The position numbers and the translations under genes were made by a program. Of a DNA stretch of 64,000 nucleotides, positions 7,229-15,055 are shown one piece after another. The stretch's first letter is position 1; each line of letters begins with the position of its first letter. This DNA is from Candidatus Aminicenantes bacterium (lineage in GTDB: Bacteria; Acidobacteriota; Aminicenantia; Aminicenantales; Aminicenantaceae): the NCBI GenBank assembly GCA_011772475.1, contig WVZK01000086.1:4406-68405 (forward strand). The letters run 5' to 3'. The notes beneath the pieces are model-generated. The model searched no databases. It saw nothing but the letters and a program-made list of their open reading frames with translations, and was not told the origin of the DNA.

Positions 7229-8452
7229 TCAGCATTTCTGTTGTTTTGTTGCCTTTTTTTTGGCCTCGTTCACATGCAAACCTAGATAATAGGGCTTTTG
7301 AGCTGCAAAGGCTTTTGCTTGTTCGAGTATTGCCTCCTCGACATACTTGGGGGTATAACGCCATGTTTCGTAATCAAAAGTCATTGAGCGTGTGAAATAC
7401 AGAGGCTTGAGGGCTTCTACAATATCTTTTCTGGCTTTTGGAGAACCATTCCTGTAAGAAAACAGGAGCTGATAAACCAGCTGGGTCCACATCAGAATAT
7501 CAATGCTGTACATATCATGATCAAACATTTTTGCCAGGCTCGAACTGGCATAATCACTTAGAATTCTTTTTAGAAGCTTTTCTCGTGGATAATACTCTTG
7601 CCTCAATTTATTTTTTAGCTCTCTCATATCGATCTTCAGTTCCTGCGGTAGACCAAGCTCTTTAAGGCCAAATCTTTTTTTAGGCGTGGGCTTCGACACT
7701 GGAATGCTTATCCAGGATGACTCTCGGGAGAGGAGCAGATCGAATAAAGTTGTAATCACCTGCGTAAACATGGGTCCGAGCTTAGGTGCACTTGCTTTGT
7801 GTATTTTTGCCCCAAGGCCTGTTTCGCAAATCTTGAAGTTGCCGAAAATGGCATGGAGCGTCATAAAAACATCAACGCCATACTGTTTTGCCTGAGTATC
7901 CCATTTTTGCTTTAACCAGTAATTCATAAGAGCCGGGGAAAAGCCAAGTTCACCACCAATAGGTTGCCGCAAATCCCTCCCTAATAATCCATAAAACAGC
8001 GGATAACAGATATGGTTGGTTATGGTTCCGTCGAATTGATGCCGAGAATACAGGGGCAAAGAATAATCATAGCCTTTAAGAATTGGCTCACCTAAGTACT
8101 TTATCCACTCAGGAGTAATCGAACGCAGGTCAGCATCAACAGTTAAAGCCGCCTTTAGGGTAGTGGCGTGGCCTTTCGCAAACCTTAGAAAATTAAAGAG
8201 GTTATTTCCTTTGCCTTTCACTCCTTCAGGGGTTGTAATATAGTGCTTTGGATTTTTTGTATCAGTGGCTAGAAATGACCCTTTTGTATCATCTTCGCTA
8301 TTGTTATCAACGTTTAGAATAATTGACTTGAGATTGCCGAAGTATCTTGAGAGACCAATATCAACCTGTTTTGTAACATAAGGTATTGTGTCTGCTTCCA
8401 TGTAGGAAGGAATTGCCACTATAAACTCAATGCCAGACCTCATGCTTCTCAT
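7229..8452 (-). CDS. GT-A fold glycosyltransferase with C-terminal helical domain (mannosyl-/glucosylglycerate-synthase-like)
   Basis: N-terminal IVAIPSYMEADTI...NVDNNSEDDT, DxD-type TVDADLRSITPEWI, QPIGGELGF. This resembles the GT78/GT81-type layout as I recall it. GAGGAGG RBS. Confidence 0.65.
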   Translation of the reverse strand: MRSMRSGIEFIVAIPSYMEADTIPYVTKQVDIGLSRYFGNLKSIILNVDNNSEDDTKGSFLATDTKNPKHYITTPEGVKGKGNNLFNFLRFAKGHATTLKAALTVDADLRSITPEWIKYLGEPILKGYDYSLPLYSRHQFDGTITNHICYPLFYGLLGRDLRQPIGGELGFSPALMNYWLKQKWDTQAKQYGVDVFMTLHAIFGNFKICETGLGAKIHKASAPKLGPMFTQVITTLFDLLLSRESSWISIPVSKPTPKKRFGLKELGLPQELKIDMRELKNKLRQEYYPREKLLKRILSDYASSSLAKMFDHDMYSIDILMWTQLVYQLLFSYRNGSPKARKDIVEALKPLYFTRSMTFDYETWRYTPKYVEEAILEQAKAFAAQKPYYLGLHVNEAKKKATKQQKC

Positions 8453-8836
8453 CCTAAAAATTCCTCCTCTTCCTTTTTTTTGTTTATAAATAATCTAAGA
8501 AATTTTCAAGCAACAGGATTTCCTCGATAATTTCGATATCTAGAATGGTATCTCTCCTGCGGCAAGGTGCACATTATAGGCAGATTTTATATATTTGTCT
8601 ATTATTAAAAGCATTCTACCGCGTATCTCCTCTTCCATATGGCTTAAATTAGCTACAAGTATATTTAATTAGTAATTTTTGTCAAAAAGTATATGAAGAA
8701 ACGTCATAGAGCTGTTAAAGAAGATCCCTGGATTTTTTGGGGCAAGCGTACTTTTCTTCTACTTCATTCATGCTAAAAACAGTAGAAAATAGACGAAACC
8801 TACATTTAAAAGCAGTAATAAAAAGTCATTTTTTCC

Positions 8837-8865
8837 TTGAATAAATTTTTATTTTAATTTATAAG
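8837..8865 (+). promoter_or_regulatory. putative promoter TTGAAT-N17-TATAAG for the cold-shock gene
   Basis: Hexamers at 8837-8842 and 8860-8865. This would leave a roughly 130-nt 5' leader. Confidence 0.4.
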
Positions 8866-8997
8866 TTATATTTCGACATAAGAAATGGCCCTGCTTTATC
8901 GGGGGTCGGCTTTGCTCTAAAGGATTTTTCCCTATGACAGAGCCGCGACCTAAGGCTTGGGACCATAAGTTAAAATTTTTTAAAGGAGGTCGAAGCT

Positions 8998-9204
8998 TTG
9001 CCGAAAGGGATCGTAAAGTGGTTCAACGACAAAAAGGGATACGGCTTCATTAAAGAAGAAGACGGTCGGGATATATTCGTTCACTTTTCATCAATCACTA
9101 TGCCAGGTTTCAAAACACTCGCTGAAGGCGAAGAAGTAAGTTTTGACATAGAAGAAAGCGACCGCGGACCCGTAGCCAAGAACGTCGTTAAGTCTGAGCA
9201 ATAG
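8998..9204 (+). CDS. cold-shock protein (CspA family)
   Basis: TTG start, [28 protein letters not shown] (RNP1) and DIFVHFS (RNP2). Confidence 0.9.
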   Translation: MPKGIVKWFNDKKGYGFIKEEDGRDIFVHFSSITMPGFKTLAEGEEVSFDIEESDRGPVAKNVVKSEQ

Positions 9205-9233
9205 CAAAGAGCAAGGTCTCCAGATCTGAGATT

Positions 9234-9260
9234 TGAAGGGGCAACCCTTCATTATTTTCT
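9234..9260 (+). terminator. intrinsic terminator after csp
   Basis: TGAAGGG-gcaa-CCCTTCA hairpin followed by ttatttt. Confidence 0.6.
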
Positions 9261-9373
9261 TGCCGCAAACGGAGTTCTCTGTTTTCATTCATTTGCTGCC
9301 TTGGGGAATTAGTATATCTTTTTGACAGAAAGATAAATATCAAAGACAATGAGATTATATAAAGGATGAAAAA

Positions 9374-9910
9374 ATGAGTGGTCAGCAAATAATTTTTGGC
9401 TTGTTAGAACTTTTGGTTTCTGTATTCATAAGTTTCATTCTTATCTTTGGCAGCTATCGCCTCTTCCTAGTTCTTACTCCGCGTTTCGATGAAGAGCGGC
9501 AGCTTAAAGGCAAAAATACTTCCGTAGGGATTATTTTGGGAAGCATTCTTTTAGGAGAAGCACTGGTTGTTAAGCAAGCAATTTATCCGGTCATGGCAGT
9601 CATCCAAATTTTTGCGCTCGGTCAGGAAAGAGATATTTTAAATTTTTTAAAAATGCTGGGCTATGGTGCTGGATATGTTCTCCTGGCCGGGATCTTGGCT
9701 ATAGTCTGCATCCTGCTCAGCTTATGGCTGTTTAATAAATTAACACCTCGAATAGATCATTATCAGGAAATAAAGGAGAATAATATTGCGATTGCTATTT
9801 TTATGGCTCTTTTTATTGTCGGGATTTGTCTTTTGATAAGCGCTGGTGTTTCAGGCTTAACAAGGGCCCTGGTTCCTTTCCCAGAGGTCGGGTCGATCCC
9901 CTTTAAGTAA
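9374..9910 (+). CDS. DUF350-domain membrane protein (two repeats)
   Basis: Four or more TM helices, with FDEERQLKGKNTSVGIILGS and YQEIKENNIAIAIFMA motifs typical of DUF350. Confidence 0.7.
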   Translation: MSGQQIIFGLLELLVSVFISFILIFGSYRLFLVLTPRFDEERQLKGKNTSVGIILGSILLGEALVVKQAIYPVMAVIQIFALGQERDILNFLKMLGYGAGYVLLAGILAIVCILLSLWLFNKLTPRIDHYQEIKENNIAIAIFMALFIVGICLLISAGVSGLTRALVPFPEVGSIPFK

Positions 9911-9917
9911 AGCTTAA

Positions 9918-11033
9918 ATGAAGACGCCCTTTCTACCCATCCTTATAATTTTATTCGCCTTAATCAGCCTAACATTTTTGGCTTCCTTTTTGGGTGACGA
10001 TGCTCCTTATAGCAACGATTCCTCTTGCAGGTTAAGTTTTCTGAATCTAAATCAAAAAATTGGCTCTAAACAAAGCCTGAATATCTTTGAAAGAATTGAT
10101 ATCGAAACAGGTTATGAACTCACTTACGGCTGGAAGGATTACAGAGGAGATGGTTACTCTATGACCTTTTCCGTTTCCAAACAGCAATTGTCTGATGCAG
10201 AGGAGGAGTATGGCTACTACCCAGAAGAATTGGAAAAATACTTGGAAGAAAGCTATGAAAAAATGAGAGAAGAGATGATGATTTATCTCGAGGAATTTGC
10301 CAGGCGGCAAATAGAAAGGAGCAAGTATCCTCAGTATATCTTAATCGAAAAGATTGATTCAAAGAAATTCAGATTAAAGATTTCCGTCCCCTCAGCTCTT
10401 TATGAAGAGGTTAAAGCTTCATCTGAGATAATTAAAGATAAACTTACGGCAGAAGAAAATGCTTATTTATTAAAGATAGATAAAGAGCAAAAAAAGAAGG
10501 AAAAAGCATTTTTAGAGAGGAAAGGATTTCGAGTTATTGGAGACACTATAGGAGTGGATTATTCTGTTTGTGTTCGGAACAATCGTCCCAGGCTAAAAAA
10601 TGTCGTGGACCGTATGAAAAAAATAAAGAAAAGAATGTCTCTTCGGCAGTTGCTGTTCTTAATGTCAGCTTTTATCCAGGAGATTAAATATGGCATCCCT
10701 CCCTTCGAAGAAAATAATAAAATCATAGCGGAATTCTGGGTTCCTCCTAAAGTCCTGGTTAACAATTTTGGAGATTGCGATTCAAAGGGAGTTGCCTTTG
10801 CCTCGATGTGGACTAATTTTAAGAGGTACCCTCTTATTTTGATAAAGATTCCAAAACATATGTTCTTAGGATTGGCTATTCCTTCAATAGGAAGAGATGA
10901 GATTACGATAAACGGACTAAACTATACTCTCTGTGAGGTTACAGGGCCCGACAAAATACCACCTGGATGGATTACTAATTACAGCCGTTTCTATCTCGAA
11001 AGCGGAAGATTCAGGTATGAACTGATAAGATAG
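9918..11033 (+). CDS. membrane-anchored protein with C-terminal transglutaminase/papain-like Cys-His core
   Basis: N-terminal TM, E/K-rich helical middle, C-terminal FGDCDSKGVAFASMW...PKHMFLG...CEVTG. Confidence 0.4.
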   Translation: MKTPFLPILIILFALISLTFLASFLGDDAPYSNDSSCRLSFLNLNQKIGSKQSLNIFERIDIETGYELTYGWKDYRGDGYSMTFSVSKQQLSDAEEEYGYYPEELEKYLEESYEKMREEMMIYLEEFARRQIERSKYPQYILIEKIDSKKFRLKISVPSALYEEVKASSEIIKDKLTAEENAYLLKIDKEQKKKEKAFLERKGFRVIGDTIGVDYSVCVRNNRPRLKNVVDRMKKIKKRMSLRQLLFLMSAFIQEIKYGIPPFEENNKIIAEFWVPPKVLVNNFGDCDSKGVAFASMWTNFKRYPLILIKIPKHMFLGLAIPSIGRDEITINGLNYTLCEVTGPDKIPPGWITNYSRFYLESGRFRYELIR

Positions 11034-11044
11034 CTATTGTTCTT

Positions 11045-11222
11045 GTAGGGGCTCGATTTATCGTAGGGGCTCGATTTATTATACGTGTTTGATTCATCAA
11101 ACCCCCATTCTCTCTTATATTTTTATTTGTGGGGATTTGGTTCGTTGTAGGGGTTTGATTCATCAAACCTCCCTGCTTGCTAATATTTTTATTTGTAGGG
11201 GTTTGATTCATCAAACCCGCAC
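11045..11222. repeat. cluster of family-1 REP-like elements (GTAGGGGYTTGATTYATCAAACCC)
   Basis: About six full or partial copies between convergent genes. Full copies at 11147-11172 and 11195-11222, spaced 48 bp apart. Confidence 0.85.
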
Positions 11223-11257
11223 TTTTTATCTATATTTTTTTATAAATGAACGTTTTT

Positions 11258-11854
11258 TTACAATTTTTTAAATTTGATTTCTTTTAAATCGGGGAAAGCA
11301 TATACTCTTACTTTTTTACCTTCCCTGATTACGACGCCTCCTCTGCAGAGGCGGAATCTATTACTTATCTCTGTTGTATCATAACCTGAAAACGTTTTTA
11401 GAAGCTTTATTGTTCCGTCCTTAAACTCATAAACTTTAACTTCAGAAGCAACATGGTCTGTTTCAACAAGGTAGTATTTATCAGGATAGAAAAATTGGAG
11501 ATAGCCTTTTGTTTCGCCGAATTCTTCGATCTCAAAATTCTCTAGGTTCAATCTGGCATATTTTGGCCGTTTTGCACCTCTTCTCCACCCGTATTTCTCT
11601 TTTAGAGTGATATCGTTAAGCTTTGTTCTCCAAAATACGGTTCCGAAATGAAAACCCTTACTGTTTGGGATCTTCCTTATAGTTTCAAAACGTCCTTCCT
11701 TCTCACTGCTTATGATTACATTTTCTTCGGTGTAGCTGATGAGCATCCTATTAGAATAAAAAGCTGCTTTTTGACTTTCTCCGATGTTTTCAATCCGGCC
11801 ATCCTCCCATATTCTTAGGATTATATTTTTCCGGGTTTTTTCAGTGCACATCAT
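11258..11854 (-). CDS. hypothetical beta-rich protein
   Basis: 198-aa ORF with no recognised motif. Its ATG directly follows the TGA of the upstream ORF, in the same frame. Confidence 0.5.
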   Translation of the reverse strand: MMCTEKTRKNIILRIWEDGRIENIGESQKAAFYSNRMLISYTEENVIISSEKEGRFETIRKIPNSKGFHFGTVFWRTKLNDITLKEKYGWRRGAKRPKYARLNLENFEIEEFGETKGYLQFFYPDKYYLVETDHVASEVKVYEFKDGTIKLLKTFSGYDTTEISNRFRLCRGGVVIREGKKVRVYAFPDLKEIKFKKL

Positions 11855-12187
11855 TCAGAACCGTTTTCCTTTAGCTATGTCTGTTTCGATAAGAGTTGGC
11901 CAATAGCTTTTTTCCAACAATTGATATTCCAGGGGAATTCTTGTTACTTCTTTTGATGCTTTGTCGACCAGAACAAGCTGAATATCATGGAAATCTTTTT
12001 TTCTCTTTCTTTCTATGAAAGCTATTGTTTGATCATATTTCCAAAACTGGAAAGCAATTTGTCTTTCAGGTTGCCCTTCGTAAAGAACTTCAGCCTTGTA
12101 GTTGTTTGTGTTGATCCTGATGATCCTATTATAGCGCCCAGTAATTTTGCTGTGAGCTCTTGCGTAAACATATTCATTATCTAACAA
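11855..12187 (-). CDS. hypothetical protein (start uncertain, TTG, no SD)
   Basis: 110-aa ORF in frame with 11258..11854 across a single TGA. Confidence 0.4.
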   Translation of the reverse strand: MLDNEYVYARAHSKITGRYNRIIRINTNNYKAEVLYEGQPERQIAFQFWKYDQTIAFIERKRKKDFHDIQLVLVDKASKEVTRIPLEYQLLEKSYWPTLIETDIAKGKRF

Positions 12188-12194
12188 GGAGGAA

Positions 12195-12233
12195 TAAAAT
12201 GGGGCCGAATAAAATGGGGCCAGGCCCCATTCT
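12195..12233. repeat. family-2 palindromic element
   Basis: aaaatggggccgaat aaaatggggccaggccccat. Confidence 0.6.
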
Positions 12234-12384
12234 TTTTCTTTAATCAGATAACGTTGCCATTTAAGATGAATGGAGGATAATTTTAAAGACAGTATTGAAA
12301 CCGATTTTAATTTTTGTTTTAATTAATCAACTGCATGATGTTAGTGGGAGTTATCAATCATTCTTATTTAAATAGGATAAGGAC

Positions 12385-12861
12385 ATGACAAGAAAAGATA
12401 TATTTAAACTTATATTATGTCTCATAATTTGTCAGTTAGCAGGGTTTGTGGGCTCTTTATTCACATCGCCTTCAATTCCCTCGTGGTATGCTTATCTAAA
12501 TAAGCCATCTTTCACACCACCGAATTGGGTATTCTCCCCGGTATGGATAAGCTTGTTTGTGATTATGGGGATATCTCTGTTTCTTGTATGGCAGAGAACT
12601 CTGCGCCATCCTTATGTAAAATCTGCCTTATTATGGTTTGCTTGCCAGCTGATTTTAAACATGCTTTGGTCAATCGTATTTTTCGGCCTTAAGTCCCCGT
12701 TTTTTGCTTTTATAGAGATTATTTTGCTGTGGATAGCAATCCTGATAACAATTATTAAGTTCTTTAGAGTCTCAAGATTGGCAGGAGTACTTCTTATTCC
12801 TTATATCCTTTGGGTAAGTTTTGCTGCAGTCCTTAATTTCTCCATATGGAATCTTAATTAA
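12385..12861 (+). CDS. tspO: TspO/MBR tryptophan-rich sensory protein
   Basis: Five TM helices. SWYAYLNKPSFTPPNWVFSPVW and LNMLWSIVFF motifs. Confidence 0.85.
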   Translation: MTRKDIFKLILCLIICQLAGFVGSLFTSPSIPSWYAYLNKPSFTPPNWVFSPVWISLFVIMGISLFLVWQRTLRHPYVKSALLWFACQLILNMLWSIVFFGLKSPFFAFIEIILLWIAILITIIKFFRVSRLAGVLLIPYILWVSFAAVLNFSIWNLN

Positions 12862-12925
12862 TAAATCCAAGCCGAGTATTTATTCGGATTTTTATATAAA
12901 TAGAAAAGCTGTAAGGAGGATAAAA

Positions 12926-15031
12926 ATGGTTCAGAAGTCTTTTAGGAAATTTTTCTTCGTTATTTTAATTTTTGCTTTTCTCCTTTCTCTTCCAGTTTCA
13001 GCGGTAGATAAAAAGGAAGGGCCCAAATCTAAAAAGCCCCCTGTTATCTCCGCAAAAGACACTTTGCGGATAAACCGAGTTTCTAATCCTCGCCTTTCTC
13101 CAGATGGCCAATGGGTACTTTACTCTAAGGCGATTCGAGATATGGAAGACAAAGATATGGAGAGCACCACGCATGTCTGGCGAGTGCGAGTTGACGGCAA
13201 GCAAAGAAGACAGATGACCTATGGTTCTGAGAGCTGCACCTCTCCTTCATGGTTTCCCGATGGGAAAAAGATCGCGTTTCTAAGCTCCCGCGGCAAAGCC
13301 GAAAGCTCCAGAGATAGACGAGAAGATGCCAGCGAACGCCCTCGTAATCAAATATATTCTATGTATCTTGACGGAGGAGAGGCCTGGCAAGTAACTGAGC
13401 ATAAAGAAGGTATTCAATCTTACGAAATTTCACCGGACTCAACCCGTATCCTTTTCACTGCTAGAGATCCCTTAACCGAAGAAGAAGAGAAAAGAAAAAA
13501 AGAAAAGGACGATGCTGAGGTTGTAGACGAGAAGTTTCGGATGAGCCATCTCTGGATTTACGATATAGATAAAAAAGAAGCTACGCAATTTACCAAAGGC
13601 GAATTTACAGTGAGTGATGCTCATTGGTCACCAGATTCTAAGAAAGTCGCCTATGTGACGCAGCCTAATACTAAAGTTGATGAAGATTGGAACAGCGATG
13701 TCTGGCTTATTGACATTGACACCAAAAACTATAAAAAGCTTTACGAAAATCCTGGAAGAGACGCCAGCCCCCGTTGGTCACCTGACGGAAAGACCATTGC
13801 TTTTTCTTCTGAGTCTCACGCTAGCTCAAACACATGGTATGACAAGCTTTATCTTTTTCCAGCGAGCGGCGGCAAACCAAAAATCCTGCTTAAAGATTTT
13901 GATCTCAATTATGGGCCTTCGATCTGGTCTCAAGATGGAAGGCGAATTTACTGGGCGACTGGGGACCGAACAACAGGGAACTTATTTTCGGTTGATATTC
14001 GCACCGGCGATATCAAGAAGATTACACCTCCCCGAGGATCTAATTCCCAGTGGAGGTTATCAAACGATGGGAAACGCTGGACGTGGTACCATTCTCCATC
14101 AAACTGGCCAGGAGAAATTTACGCTGCAGATTTGGATCTCAAGAATCCAGTTCGCCTAACAGATGCCAATCCCTGGCTTCGAGAAGAGAAAATAAAGCTC
14201 GGGAAAGTGGAGACAATTAAATGGAAAAACAGCGACGGCCAGTGGATTGAAGGAGTGCTCACCTGGCCTGTTGATTATAAGCAAGGCGAGAAATACCCCC
14301 TCATTCTCAATCCTCATGGAGGACCAAGCTCGGCAAGGATCGAATCGTTCAGCTCGTCAAATCAATTCTTTGCTGGCAATGGCTTTATGGTCCTCCAGCC
14401 GAACTTCCGAGGAAGCTCGAATTATGGTCAGGAATTCCTCAACGCTAATCGAGGCTATTGGGGGGTAAGGGATTATGATGACTGCATGACTGGAGTAGAC
14501 TTCTGCGTTGAGAAAGGCTGGGCTGATCCTGATCGGCTTATCTGTTACGGCTGGAGCTACGGCGGATACATGAGCTTCTGGATTGTCACCCAGACTGACC
14601 GTTTTAAGGCTGTTTCTCCAGGTGCGGGGCTTGCGAACCTCTACAGCATGTACAGTACTACAGACATACCTCGTTATCTCGCTTGGTTTTTCGGGACTCC
14701 TTGGGATTATGAAGACATGTACGAGAAGCTTTCTCCCATTCGTCACGTAAAGAAAGTAAAGAGCCCGGTACTTATAATGCATGGAGCAATTGACGCAAGG
14801 GTCCCTCCTGAGCAGTCGGTCGAGTTTTACCAGGCGCTTCGTGACCTGGGAAAAGATGTCACATTTGTGCGCTTCCCGAGGGAAAGGCATGGAATCAGGG
14901 AACCGCGGCATCAAATAGACCGTCTCCGAAGATACCTTTTTTTCTTCGCAGAACATGTGAACCTGATACCCGTTAGTGAGAAGAAAGAAGAAAAGGTGCC
15001 CAAAAAGGAAGAGAAGAAAAAAGATAAATAA
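12926..15031 (+). CDS. S9 family peptidase (beta-propeller plus prolyl-oligopeptidase-type alpha/beta domain)
   Basis: Start trimmed to ATG 12926 (AAGGAGGA RBS, signal peptide). Propeller WSPDG repeats. Ser motif YGWSYGGYMS, then HGAIDARVP and ERHG. Confidence 0.85.
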   Translation: MVQKSFRKFFFVILIFAFLLSLPVSAVDKKEGPKSKKPPVISAKDTLRINRVSNPRLSPDGQWVLYSKAIRDMEDKDMESTTHVWRVRVDGKQRRQMTYGSESCTSPSWFPDGKKIAFLSSRGKAESSRDRREDASERPRNQIYSMYLDGGEAWQVTEHKEGIQSYEISPDSTRILFTARDPLTEEEEKRKKEKDDAEVVDEKFRMSHLWIYDIDKKEATQFTKGEFTVSDAHWSPDSKKVAYVTQPNTKVDEDWNSDVWLIDIDTKNYKKLYENPGRDASPRWSPDGKTIAFSSESHASSNTWYDKLYLFPASGGKPKILLKDFDLNYGPSIWSQDGRRIYWATGDRTTGNLFSVDIRTGDIKKITPPRGSNSQWRLSNDGKRWTWYHSPSNWPGEIYAADLDLKNPVRLTDANPWLREEKIKLGKVETIKWKNSDGQWIEGVLTWPVDYKQGEKYPLILNPHGGPSSARIESFSSSNQFFAGNGFMVLQPNFRGSSNYGQEFLNANRGYWGVRDYDDCMTGVDFCVEKGWADPDRLICYGWSYGGYMSFWIVTQTDRFKAVSPGAGLANLYSMYSTTDIPRYLAWFFGTPWDYEDMYEKLSPIRHVKKVKSPVLIMHGAIDARVPPEQSVEFYQALRDLGKDVTFVRFPRERHGIREPRHQIDRLRRYLFFFAEHVNLIPVSEKKEEKVPKKEEKKKDK

Positions 15032-15055
15032 AGTATATTAAGAAAAGAGGAGAAT

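Noticed and set aside
11011-11271. Track ORFs 11011..11214(-) and 11089..11271(+), and likewise 27554..27859(-), 38287..38499(-), 57755..57970(-) and 57774..58031(+).
   Set aside because: They are translations of REP or palindrome arrays (repeating MNQTPT / LIHQT / KWGQAP strings). They have no RBS and their composition is driven by the repeats.
13677-14956. Long internal or antisense ORFs inside confirmed genes: 13677..14159(+), 14357..14956(-), 34782..35216(+), 39512..39910(+), 51175..51591(-), 58914..59378(+), 25766..26125(-), 61563..61976(-).
   Set aside because: These are shadow ORFs overlapping CDS that have clear family motifs. They have biased low-complexity composition and no RBS.
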